From: Octopus sinensis
Taxonomy: Eukaryota
Assembly (NCBI RefSeq): GCF_006345805.1
Contig: NC_043003.1
Coordinates: 99,014,001-99,078,000, forward strand
Length of the DNA stretch: 64,000 nucleotides
Direction: 5' to 3'
A model generated the notes under the pieces. That model ran no database searches. It saw only the letters and a program-made list of their open reading frames with translations, and was not told the origin of the DNA. Every line of letters begins with the position of its first letter. Positions within the stretch are counted from its first letter, which is position 1. A program made the position numbers and the translations under genes. Positions 26,956 through 40,705 of the stretch are shown here, piece after piece.

Positions 26956-27507
26956 GCCCTGATGCAGTACCAGGCAGTGGCTCTCATGGCTTCTGATCTT
27001 AACTGATTGGAGTGGTATCATGTACATTGTTTTGTCTTGGTATAAAAGATGGGCTACAGCAAATATTCTGCTCAATACCACAGATTTGCTTGTCAGTTGT
27101 TTGACCTTAACCAGTTGAGCATGTCCCTTAGTGGCTGACGATATGTGCATCTCTGATCACGAGCAAAGTAGTGGGGGAGCATCATAGCCATGTGTTGAGA
27201 GGGATTCTTTGGGGTTTGAATAATTCACCTCTGGAACATGGGTGGTTCTTTATCAACATCCTTAAACAACCCTTATTCAGGGACCTTTGAGCGGGATGGG
27301 CTACTCAACCTGAAGAAAATTCTAACTGGGCCCCACCTGCAAGGTCATGTGCTGTTTATCTTGATATGAGATCACCATGTCGCGCACATATGGTTGTGAT
27401 GCATGTGCCTGGTGTACCTTTATTAGACGGGTAGTCATGATGGGTATATTGGGCTTCGTATATTTTACCCCAGTGTCACTTTGATGGCATGAACTGCTCT
27501 CTCACTC
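26954..27507 (+). mobile_element. Unclassified ~555-bp non-coding interspersed element D in (TAA)n, copy 1 (strand arbitrary)
   Basis: End-to-end similarity with 59603-60157; both copies flanked by TAA/TGA repeats. Confidence 0.8.
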
Positions 27508-27529
27508 AATAATAATAATAATAAAATAA

Positions 27530-27969
27530 TGGTTTCAAATTTTGCCACAAGGGCAACCATTTTTGGGAGGAGGGGATAAGTTGATTACATCGATCCCCAG
27601 TGTTTCACTGGTATTTAATTTATCGATCCGGAAGGGATGGAAGGCAAAGTCGACCTCGGCGGAATGTGAAATCAGAACGTAAAGATGGGCGAAATACCGT
27701 TAAGTAATTTGGTCCAGCGCGCTAACGATTCTGCCAGCTCGCCGCCTTAAACTTTCAAATACTGATAATATTGGTTTCAAATTTGTTGTACAAGGCCAGC
27801 AAATTCGGGGTCCGGGATAAGTCGATTACATCGACCCCAGTGCTTAACTTTATCGCCCCCGAAAGGATGAAAGACAAATTCAACCTCTGCGGAATTTAAA
27901 CTCAGAGGGATGAAATGTCGCTAAGCACTTTGCCCGGCGTGCTAACGATTCTGCCTGCTCGCCGCCTTA
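27530..27969 (-). mobile_element. Two adjacent SINE B copies
   Basis: Each has tail ggtttcaaatt, core and head gctcgccgcctt. Confidence 0.85.
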
Positions 27970-28096
27970 AATAATCGTCATAAAAATTTCCTTATATGGA
28001 AATACATAATTTATAAAATCATTTGGTATAATGAACTTCGTTAATTTGATGGAGGGTATACGTAAAGCTGAGAAACTTAGATGGCCTTTTCTTAGT

Positions 28097-28386
28097 GTGT
28101 GTGTGTTTGTTCTTTCTCGAGCCATACCTGGCTCATAAGGACCGGTGTCCCAGTTTCATTGGCGTATAGGTTCCTCTTCTGGATGGGACGCCGGTCCGTC
28201 ACAGGTGAGCTGCTAGATGCAAGAGTGAGAGAAAGCTGTGGCGGAAGAGTCAGCAGACGTTCGCCGCAGCTGCGTGGAGCTTAGGTGGTTCGCTCATAAA
28301 CACACACATCGCCCGGTCTGAGATTCGAACCTGTGATCCCTCAACCGCAAGTCCGCTGATCTAAACACTAGGCTATGTGTCTCCAT
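28097..28386 (-). mobile_element. SINE family C head with a third tail, 11-bp TSD
   Basis: cttttcttagt at 28086-28096 and 28387-28397; A/B boxes present. Confidence 0.85.
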
Positions 28387-28583
28387 CTTTTCTTAGTAGT
28401 TACATTAAACTTTTAATATAAACACTAGGCGCAAGCTTGACTTTATAAGAGCAGTTCGTGATTTCGACATCAGTCTCATTGCGTAGCACCTTGGTTAAGT
28501 TTCTTCTAATATAGCCGCTGAGCAATTAATAACATGTGAGGCGGAAAGTGTGTGGAAGCCCGTCCTACATATACGTGTGTGTA

Positions 28584-28620
<37 letters not shown>

Positions 28621-29423
28621 TTGTGGGGGTGGGGGAGAGTTTTTGTGTATGTCCTTGTATCACTCCTTCAAAATTTGACAACCGGTGCCGGATTGCTTAC
28701 GTCCCCATAACAAGGTGGTCTGGCGAATATATTACCGACAAATTGAGTATCAAACTTGAAAATAGTAAATACAGTCCACTGATTAAAAGAAGTAAATGAT
28801 AGAAGCTTGTTTTATTCCCGGGAAAATGAAATATCAACGGTAGAAAGTTTAAACAACTGACTACAACCAATTCTTCCCGTTTGTGGAATTGTAATAAGCC
28901 TGTAAATACATTATCTCTCTAAAAATTCAGCTTCTAAGTATTACATTACATTGAGCGAGAGAGAGAGAGAGAGTAACAGACAGACAGATAGAGAAATCAA
29001 CCACATCGTTGACCAATTTTCTGGAATCATTTGTGTACAATGAGGCAAAATTCTAAGACTCAAAAAATGCAAAAAGACATGTTAAAAAGATGCCTGTGAG
29101 TAATTAACGAACCTATTTGTGGTGGAATCCTATTATTTTCAGTAACATTAAAAGCATTTCAAAATTTGTAAATAAATGTTTAAAATGACTTTGCATAAAA
29201 TCCTCCTCTTATAGAAGGATTATAGATATTTTATTATAATCCTTCTCGGTGGCTTCGTTAGCCTGAACAGAGCATTCTCAATAATGCACGACTTCGTTCC
29301 ATCCCGAAGAACTTTTTATTCGCTTCTTTGTAAATAGTATATCATACCTGTTTCTTGCAACTTTATTTTAAAATATTTCACATCAAGTGAAATAAAATAT
29401 AACCAAAAACCAAACAAACACGC

Positions 29424-30690
29424 TGGCGAAAGCGTGACTGTATTGTAAGAAGCTTGCTTCCCTACTGCGCATGTGCGAGTCAATCTAGTGTTTGGCACTG
29501 AAGCGGTGAAGACGTGTTTCTTCCCACGTATTGTGGGAAGAGGTTGACAAGAGGTCTGCGGGTTGCCACCCGGGATAAAGCCATAGTGGATGGAGGAGAC
29601 TATCCGCCAGGGTCAGGGTGGCAGCGGAACCAAGCTCCTTAATGTGAAAGTTTTTCCTGCGGCTGATTGGGTTGGGTCAAAAGCTGTTTTGACCCTTTGG
29701 ACATAATCAGATAATCTGATTTTTCCAGATTTTTTGAAAATGGCCGGGTGATGGCGGAGTATGCGGGCACAGGCGATGTTGAGGAGGAATAGTGATAAGA
29801 GGTTGAAAAGCCTCAGTATTATTGGAAGTTCCGAGTTTGGAAAGAAAGGTAAGAGGCTTAGCGCCTCATTTTGTTATTGGATTTTGTTATTGAATTATTT
29901 TCATTTCATATAACATTACGTCTACGTCCAGCCCGCAGCTTCCTTTCTCTGTGTAAGGCCTTATGGCCAATATCATGAAATAAAGAAGCTTGCTTCCCAA
30001 CCATATGGTTCCGGGTTCCGTCCCTCTGCGTGGTACCTTGGGCAAATGTCTTCTACAATAGCCTCGTGGCGACCGAAGCCTTATGGGTGGACTTGTAGAC
30101 GGAAACTAAAGAGACCCTCGTGTGTGTATGCATATATACGTATACTACATACATATATATATAATTATATATATAGATATATTATATTATAATATATATT
30201 AATATATATATATATAATTATATATAATATATATATATATATATTATAATATAATATATATTAGATGTATATATATATTATGTTATATGTATATATAATA
30301 TATATATATACATATACATACACATAATACACATATAATATATATAAATACATAATATATATATATATATATATATTATATTATATATTATATATATACA
30401 CACATAAATATATATATATATATATAATATATATAATGAGTAAAATATTTAAATTTGAATATTCATAAAGAGATTTTACACGAATATCCGGTAACATTAC
30501 CTACAAAAGTGTGTCTTGAATTCTCTATCCGTTCGCCCACTTACGTTTGTTTTCTGTCGTATTCTCAGTGTTTTACGGTGGTTTAGTTCTGGTTTTAGCG
30601 CCTATTCTAACGGGTATGACATATGAACGCCCTAATGCTTGACGCTAATTATATAATATATATATATATAATATATATATATATATTATA

Positions 30691-30724
<34 letters not shown>

Positions 30725-30940
30725 CTATAGGCTTGTGTGTGCCTGTCCCCCACCACCGCTTGACAACCGGTGTGGATGTGTTTACGCACCGAAACGTAGC
30801 TGTTCGGGAAAAGAGATCGATAGAATAAGTAACAAGCTTATTTAAAAAATACTGAGGGCGACTAAAAATTCTTCAATGTGGTGCCCTATCTTGGTCGCAA
30901 GCTAATGACTGAAACAAGCAAAAGATAAAAGATGAAAGAG
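29424..30940 (+). mobile_element. Old SINE A interrupted by a 520-bp insertion and an expanded (TA)n tract
   Basis: Head 29424-29462, continuation 29983-30122, tail 30730-30940. Confidence 0.7.
29463..29982 (+). mobile_element. 520-bp retro-insertion (probable L1/Tx1-type 3' UTR) with 16-bp TSD
   Basis: aagaagcttgcttccc at 29447-29462 and 29983-29998; 3' end gccttatggccaatatcatgaaataaa resembles Tx1-like ends elsewhere in the window. Confidence 0.7.
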
Positions 30941-31022
30941 TGCTGAACAGTTTTACTTGTAGGTAAATTCTATGTTTTCAACAGACTATTATTTACTTGT
31001 GAGACTAAATTTAACAGCAATA

Positions 31023-31604
31023 GTCCTTTCCACTGGAAGCACTAGGCCTCAAATTTGGGGGAAGGAATTAAGTCGATTACATCGACCCCAATGCGTAACT
31101 GGTACTTATTTAATCGATCCCGAAAGGATGAAAGGCAAAGTCGACCTCGGCAGAATTTGAACTCAGAACGTAGCGGCAGACAAAATACCTATTTCTTTAC
31201 TACCCACAAGGGCTAAACACAGAGGAGACAAACAAGGACAGACAGACGGATTAAGTCTATTATATCGACCCCAGTGCGTGACTGGTATTTAATTTATCGA
31301 CCCCGAAAGGATGAAAGGCAAAGTCGACCTCGGCGAAATTTGAACGCAGACCGTACGGCAGACGAAATACCTATTTCTTTACTACCCACAGGGGGCTACA
31401 TACAGAGGGGACAAACAAGGATAGACAAATGGATTAAGTCGATTACATCGACCCTAGTGCGTAGTTGGTACTTAATTTATCGACCCGGAAAGGATAAAAG
31501 GCAAAGTCAACCTCGACGGATTTTGAACTCGGAACGTAGCGACAGACAAAATACCGCTAAGCATTTGGCCCGGCGTGCTAACGTTTCTGCCAGCTCGCCG
31601 CCTT
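31023..31604 (-). mobile_element. Trimeric SINE B array
   Basis: One head, three cores; junction aaagaaata|ggtattt (minus) at 31189/31190 and 31371/31372. Confidence 0.9.
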
Positions 31605-32316
31605 AAGCAATAGATACTCGCACCGTTGGATCCACTTGGAATTCCCTACAAAAATATTTGTGTACTTTAGCTATGTTCGCGTAATTTCGATAACATTTCA
31701 GAATAAATTACTACCTCCAAATGTTTCGTCTTACGCCAGGCTTTATTCAAAACCAATCGCACCTGAAACATAACAGACTGTCATTAAGTTAATGGCTGTA
31801 AAAGTCTGCGTGTGTATGTTCGTGTTTGTGTGTCATTCTTGTATATGTGTGTGTAGGTGTTGAGAGAAAAAATACAAGTCGATAGCGTGAACCTTTACCT
31901 TGTAGAGTACAAACATCGACATATTATTTCTCACAACTCGCATTGTTTTGGCTTTAAAACAATTAAAAATATTTAACTATGTCAGACTGCTTCATGCACA
32001 CTATACTACTCTGATATGACGATTGTAAGGGTGTCTGTTTACTTCTGTCGTGTCTGTACTTTTATACGTACATGCATCATACATACATACATACATACTA
32101 CATACATACATACATACATACATACATACATACATACATGCATCTATCTATATCTAATATATATATATATATATATATGATATATATATAATATATAATT
32201 GCGAATGCATATGCCTACATACATACATACATGCATGCATGCACTATTATATATATATATATGCGAATGCATATGCCTACATACATACATACATACATAC
32301 ATACATACATACTACA

Positions 32317-32387
<71 letters not shown>

Positions 32388-32396
32388 GTATATGTA

Positions 32397-32835
32397 TAAA
32401 TCTCTGAACGAGATGTAACAGTAACCGCTCGACAACGTAAAGTATACTAACCATCTCAATATGGCTAACCACTAAGGGTGGGTGTTACTGTAGCTTTTAG
32501 CCCCAGGAGATCATCGTCTCCAGCTGGCTTTAGGCACACTTTCTGCGCTCTTATGGTATTTGCAAAGGGAGGTCAACCCTCTCTCGTAAACCTAAGTAAA
32601 CCTAAGCCTCGAAAACCGGTGATTGCCTTACGTTGACAAGAGGCAAATACCTCGAAACTGCAGTCCGTGCGTATCACTTAGGTTTACGAGAGAGGGATGA
32701 CCTCCCTTTGCAAATACCATAAGGACACAGAAAGTGTGCCTAAAGCCAGCTGGAGACGATGATCTCCTGGGGCTACAAGCTACAGTAACACCCACCCTTA
32801 GTGGTTAGCCATATTGAGATGGCTAATATACTTTA
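32397..32835. repeat. Palindromic element in (TA)n: 159-bp inverted arms (32438-32596 / 32677-32835) around an 80-bp spacer
   Basis: Arms are near-perfect reverse complements. Confidence 0.92.
32619..32677 (+). ncRNA. Type I hammerhead ribozyme with U3-A8 core and extended stem I
   Basis: GTGAT..TACG-TTGACAA-GAGG-CAAATA-CCTC-GAAA-CTGCAG-TC-CGTG..ATCAC; GUC cleavage triplet at 32663-32665. Confidence 0.8.
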
Positions 32836-32867
32836 TATTATAATATATATATATTATATATATATAT

Positions 32868-33107
32868 AGATGGATTCTCTTCAATCATAAACGACAAATG
32901 AGGGTTTAGTAAAATAAAGCTGCATTCATGTTCTTTGGACATGAGTATGTCTCTTGAGGCTTGATGGTGCTTTGCAAACCTTTCGGCAAATGGAACATGT
33001 TGAGGCTCAGTTTGCTCGAGTGTTAGGGTATTATCTACTATGCATTTTCTTTCAGTGGACAACAAGGCCTGCTTTGCTACAAAACCACAATGACCGGTAA
33101 GGTTTAC
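32868..33107 (-). mobile_element. Degenerate fragment with two C2H2 zinc fingers (probable RTE/BovB-type ORF C-terminus plus short UTR) in (TA)n
   Basis: Minus translation HCGFVA / [12 protein letters not shown] and [24 protein letters not shown]. Confidence 0.55.
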
Positions 33108-34832
<1,725 letters not shown>

Positions 34833-36369
34833 TGATGATGATTTTTATAACCAAGGTTACAAAGTGAAATGTGCTTCCTGTTCTGTTTTCAACATAGACT
34901 CAAACTAACCAAGAATAAAACAAAAACTACCGATAAATAAGGGAGAAAATTTCTAACTGGTAGTGATGAGTTCTTAAATGGGAAAATGGAAGTCATGTTT
35001 CGGGATTTTAATGATACATTCAACGAGCTCATACCTTATTCATATCAAATTTGCTTTCATATCTTTGCGCAATTAGATAGTAAATAGAAACTTGCTGTGA
35101 AGTGAGCGAACAACAGGAGAAATCTTCAGAGGAAGAACTCACCGTCAAGGAAGCCTTTAGACCACTAGTTTCTGACACTCTAAGCTATCCGAGTCCGCTG
35201 TCTTTGACTTCCTAAGTGTCGTCCTACTTTGAGTGGGAATAGAACTCAGTTCCTTGGGGTGGCCTTATATCGCTGAACTGTGCTATATACCTTTCGGCTA
35301 TGATGACCGTCAAAAGAACTTGCACTGTGGATATATTTCAAACTGGGTTTCCACATTTTTTACAAAAGTATTATACTAACAATTTAATGGAGTATAATAT
35401 CTCCTTGGATCGCTGACGCAATATGTAGCCAAGAGTCAAAAATATAATTAATTGTATGTCTCATCAACAGTTCCGTTTTATGTTTAAATTCACAATTTTA
35501 ACTGGGAACGGTTGTACAGCATTTAAACTGTTAGTCTGCTATTTTATAATGTCACCAATATTAGTATGCATTTTAAATACATGAATTCTTATGAGACAGT
35601 GCAAAGTAAACCTTAGTTGTAATATCGTTTAACCGTTCTTCCAGCAGATATACATACCACTAATTCCCTCGCATATGTCTCCCATATCAGAATTATATCA
35701 GCATTGATATTAGTGTATCCACTTCCCACATGTATCTTTTATTTTTTACTTGTTTCAGTAAATTGAAGTGCGGCCATGCTGGGGCACCACGCTGATAGAT
35801 TTAGTCGAACAAATCGCATTCAAGTACTTATTTTTTTAAAGCCTGGTACTTTTCTATCGATTTCTTTTGCTGAAATGCTAAATTAGGGAGACGTAAACGA
35901 ACCAACACCTGTTGCCAAATGGTGGTGGTGACGGGGTGGACAAATACAACTCAAAGGCATCTGTCTATCTATCTATACGTATGTCTGTCTACTCGTACTT
36001 ATTTCATCGACTCCAAATGGATGGAAAGCAAAGCCGACCTCGGATGCATTTGAACGTAAAGCCAGAAGAAATGACCGCTAAACATTTTGTCCGGCGCAGT
36101 AACGATTCTGCCTCCTCACAGACTTAAGTTGTCAATTAATAATTAAAAGAAAACGTAAAACAGAACCAGTATGATTAATATTATAGACAAAATGACCTAT
36201 CCAAAATATGACATCTTTTTCAATATATGATTTAAGATCAAGAATGTTGCAAAGTAAATACACAAACGAAATATAGAAATGTATATATGTGTGTATATGT
36301 ATAGATGTATATATTTCAAGGTGTTTGTGTATTTGTATATTACATACACCAACGTGTAAAAGAGTGGGT

Positions 36370-36595
36370 GAAGCAGAACACCATCAGCACTACAGCTACT
36401 ATAGTGCTTTCTGCCAGAAAGCTACAGACCCGAGATATGTGAGACGAGGGGAGCTCATAGATAGAAAATGCTTTTTGGATTTTCATACCAGATATGGTCG
36501 AATGCTTTGGTAGTGTTAAGCGAAAGCACATTGTTTGTTCCAAATTGGAGACGACGATCAATTGATTGAACCGTACAGGTGGTCAATGAGGGACA
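36370..36595 (-). mobile_element. CR1/Jockey-like RT fragment
   Basis: VLSLNTTKAFDHIWY and RVCSFLAESTIVAVV resemble LDxSKAFDxVWH and WIxSFLxxR. Confidence 0.55.
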
Positions 36596-36861
36596 CATAC
36601 ACACATAGGAAGAGAAATAAATATACAGATAGACAGGCAAACAGGCTGACAAACAGACAGATAGATAGATAAATAGATAAGATATGCAATATGATATATA
36701 TTATACATACATATAAATATATCGGCGTTTCCGATATAGGAAAAAGTAAAGAAAACCTTTCTTGATATTGCGAATAACCGCTCAGCTGATTATAAATCCA
36801 GTTATACACTACTGAAGAATTATTTAACAAAAGCAGCCATCTGTGTACCATATTCAATGTA

Positions 36862-37079
36862 TAAACACTGACGATAACTCAGTTACTGCCGTATGTGTCG
36901 TGTCCTGGGATAACATCCGTTGAAAAAGGTCTAACAAAGAACGTAATGTATCTAGCAATCTTGCTAGGGCGGAATTTTGTCTCTTTCTCTGACAGTTATT
37001 GTGTTTTTAATGCAGCAATTCCATAATGGAAGCCATCTCATGACACATATTGCAGTAACTGGCATATCGACAGTGTTTA
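36862..37079. mobile_element. MITE with ~38-bp imperfect TIRs, superfamily unassigned
   Basis: taaacactgacgataactcagttactgccgtatgtgtc / gacacatattgcagtaactggcatatcgacagtgttta. Confidence 0.7.
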
Positions 37080-37084
37080 CATTT

Positions 37085-37281
37085 TGGTTTCAAATTTTGG
37101 CAAACGGCCAGCAATTTCGGTGGAGGGGGTAACTCGACTACACCAACACCAGTGCTCAATTAGCACTTATTTTGTTGATCTTGAACGGATGAATGGCAAA
37201 GTCGACTACGGCGGAATTTGAAACCAGAACGTATAAACGGACGAAATGCCGCTAAGCATTTTGCCAGGCGTGCTACCAATT
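37085..37281 (-). mobile_element. SINE B
   Basis: Family consensus match. Confidence 0.8.
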
Positions 37282-37365
37282 CTGCGAACTCGCCGCCTTA
37301 ATAATAATAATAATAATAATGATAATAATAATAATAATAATAATAATAATATAATAATAATAATT

Positions 37366-38200
37366 AATTCGTTTATTGGTTACAAGGGGTTCACATAAAA
37401 TTACATTAAACAACATACAACATAAAAGTCAAAAACAGGATGATACAATGGATTCACCCTCACCCCCCTCCTTTTCAACAAACTTGCTACAAAGCAACAC
37501 TTCCTTCTCCACCGTGAACTTCCTTTTCAAGTGAAACTTATAAAAATTGATGAGGGCTTGGCCAAAAAGGAAAGTGCCTGTCTTTAGCCCTTTCAAACGG
37601 GTCCACCATACTATCTCTTTCGCTACAGCTACTAGACAAATAAAAATTGCCTTCCCCTCCCAGCCAAAAGAGGGAGGCGGGGCACTCTTCACAAAGTATT
37701 CAGCTGATAGCCGGATCCGTCCTACACGTGACAGCAGGTGTTCGACACAAACCCACAGGTCAGCAACACTCGGGCATTGGACTAGGGCGTGCAGAACGGT
37801 TTCATCGTTCTGGGTGCACCTCGGCCAGGCCCGGCTGACGGCACTTCCATGCCTGTAAGATTTATCTCGAACAGCCAGCGCCCCTCAGTAGCACTGCCAG
37901 ACAAGGGATTTCTGTAAGTTATCCATAGGCCTAGTCCGGAAAGTTCTCCGAAAGAGAACGATTTGTTGATCTTCATCGACACCCAGAGTTTCCCCGAGAA
38001 CGTCGTCGCACTTACCCTCCTCTAGCTCTCTATAGAACGCTACAGTAGAACTACCAGCGACCGCATTGCCCGCCTAGTGGAGGGCTGTGATCGTTTGACG
38101 TCACTCGAGGTGTCAAGCGCCCCTCTTCAGTCTACGATTATTCTAGGAGTGCAGCTCAGTCAAAGAGCCGAGCTGTGAAAAAATGTCTTACAAACGGTGA
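37366..38200 (-). mobile_element. L1/Tx1-like LINE 3' fragment (ORF2 C-terminal CCHC region and 3' end)
   Basis: LAVRDK..WPRCTQNDETVLHALVQCP..LW, then AKEIVWWTR; terminus ccccttgtaaccaataaa followed by (TTA)n. Confidence 0.75.
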
Positions 38201-38231
38201 CCGTCAAGGAAACGCTGGAGAAGCCGCAACC

Positions 38232-38750
38232 TGGTTTCAAATTTTGGTACGCGGCCACCACATTTGAGGGAAGGGTTTAGTCGCTTACACCGACTCCAGT
38301 GCTCAACTGGTACTTATTTTATCCATCTCGAAAGGATGAATGGCAAGGTCGACCTCGGCAGAATTTGAACCCAGAACGTATAGAACGATTCGACAAAAGA
38401 GAGCGATAGAATAAGTACAAGGCTTACAAAGAATAAGGCCTGGGATCGATTTGTTCGACTAAAGGCGGTGCTCCAGCATGGCCGCTGTCAAATGACTGAA
38501 ACAAAAAAAAATACCGGACTAATATTGATTCCATATTTGGGCACAGAAGTAGCAGTTTCAGTGTATGGAGTAAGTCAGTTATATCGACCCCACCAATGCT
38601 CAATTCGTGCTTATTTTACCGACCCCGAAAAGCTGAAAACAGAAGTCGACCCGACCCCCGCGGGATTTGAAACTAGAACGTGAAGCCAGACGAAATGCCG
38701 GTAAGCACTTCTGCCGGAATGCTAACCATTCTGCCAGCTCGCCACCTTAT
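38232..38750. mobile_element. Cluster of SINE B (-) and SINE A tail (+) fragments
   Basis: Family motifs. Confidence 0.7.
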
Positions 38751-39175
38751 ACCGGACTAATATCAATGTTATCATATAGGACGCCTAAACGGGAAGGGCT
38801 ATGAGACATGGACAACGTGATGTTTAGAAAAATGTTTCCCTCAAAATTTAAAAGCAATATTAAAGTGTTCACTTTCCTTTTGAATAACGATTATATCAAA
38901 AACATTAAAGTAGGAGGAGACCAACGAACGGAATATTTTTTTCTATACATGACTGCTGCTAACTATTGCACATGTCGAAGTTGTCTTAAAAGGCTTCTGT
39001 AATCTTTGGGGAAAGATCAGTTTCAATAGAAGCAACATAGAAATCTTAATGATATCGTTTGATCGGCTACATATGATAATGGGCAATACTTATAGACTGT
39101 AAACCTACATCGCCTTTTCCAATGCAAAGCAGCTACAAATACTACAGTGTGTAATAGCTATAGAAAAAAAAATAC

Positions 39176-39500
39176 GGTGAAGGCGCGTGGCTTATTGGTT
39201 TGGGCATTCGGCTCACGATCGTAAGGTTGTGAGTTCGATTCCCGGCGACGCGTTGTGTCCTTGAGCAAGACACTTTATTTCACGTTGCTCCAGTTCACTC
39301 AGCTGGCAAAAATGAGTTGTACTTGTATTTCAAAGGGTCAGCCTTGTCACTCTCTGTGTCACGCTGATTATCCCCGAGAACTACGTTAAGGGTACACGTG
39401 TCTGTGGAATGCTCAGCCATTTGCACGTTAATTTCACGAGCAGGCTGTTCCGTTGATCGTATCAGCTGGGACCCTCGTCGTCGTAACCGGCGGAGTCTTT
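39176..39500 (+). mobile_element. SINE family C (tRNA head, V-like core), full length
   Basis: A box tggcttattgg, B box gagttcgattcc, core tgtccttgagcaagacac. Confidence 0.88.
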
Positions 39501-39654
39501 AATAGAAGAATACGACACACTCAAGCCTGAAAGAACCAATCTGAATGAATGTTTAAGTGCCTCATTGAGAAACGTTTCTAAATACAGCGGTGTATTTTTT
39601 ACCGTGTTTTTCATATTTTCGTACCAAGTTGTTTTAGATATATTTTTTCAATAG

Positions 39655-40058
39655 CTTATCTTTTATCTTTTACTTGTTTCAATCATTAGACTGCAGCCAT
39701 GTTGGGACACAGCCTTGAATAATTTTTAGTCGAATAAATAAAACCCACTACAATTTTTAAGCCTGCTGCTTATTTTGTCGCTCTCATTTTGCTGATCTGC
39801 TGTTTTACAAAGACGTAAACATACCAACATTGGTGGTGGGAGGACAAAAACCAACACAAAGACACACACACACATATGTATATGTATATCTATATATACG
39901 ACGGGCTTCTTTCAGTTTCCGTCTACCAAATCCACTCACAAGGTTTTGGTCGGTCCGAGGCTATGGTAGAAGACACTTGCTCAAGATGCCACATAATGGG
40001 ACTGAACCCAGAACCATGTGGTTGGGAAGCAAGTTTTTTAGCACACAGCTGCGCCTGC
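39655..40058 (-). mobile_element. SINE A, diverged
   Basis: Family consensus match. Confidence 0.8.
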
Positions 40059-40469
40059 ACCTATTATTTGTCTGGCATACTCAATTGTGTGCCGAGCAAA
40101 ATGCTTCACAGTATTTGCTCTAGCTTTATGTTCTGAGTTTAAATGTTCTGAGTTTATGTTCTGAGTTTAAATGCCGAAGAGGTCGACTTAATACTTTTGG
40201 CACCGATAAAATAAGTACCACTTTAGTGCAGGTATCGATGTAATCTACTTGCTTCCCCTATAAATTTACTGGCCTTGTATCAAGAATTATTCGAAAAGAA
40301 TTATTCAAAAGGTCTGCTTTTAAACTTTGACTATACTGCAGGTTTTATTTTAAGTGAACAGACGGATATAAATACATACATACGTACATAGGTACGCCCG
40401 TACGTACTTACGTGCATATAGTCATACAAATATATTGTGTTCTATGAGTGAACAGATACACTGACGAAG

Positions 40470-40541
40470 GCAGATAAACAAAAAGACAGACAGACTGACA
40501 GATAGATAAATAGCTAGACATACCGACAGATAAACAAACAA

Positions 40542-40601
<60 letters not shown>

Positions 40602-40619
40602 ACAGATAGACAGATAGAC

Positions 40620-40705
<86 letters not shown>

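Noticed and set aside
26954-27030. HDV-like ribozyme at the start of element D
   Set aside because: Could not build the nested double pseudoknot by eye
31023-31604. CRISPR-like array
   Set aside because: Units are ~180-bp SINE bodies with no unique spacers; eukaryotic context
34895-34965. Candidate host exon after ttttcaacatag
   Set aside because: Stops in the frames examined and weak donor site
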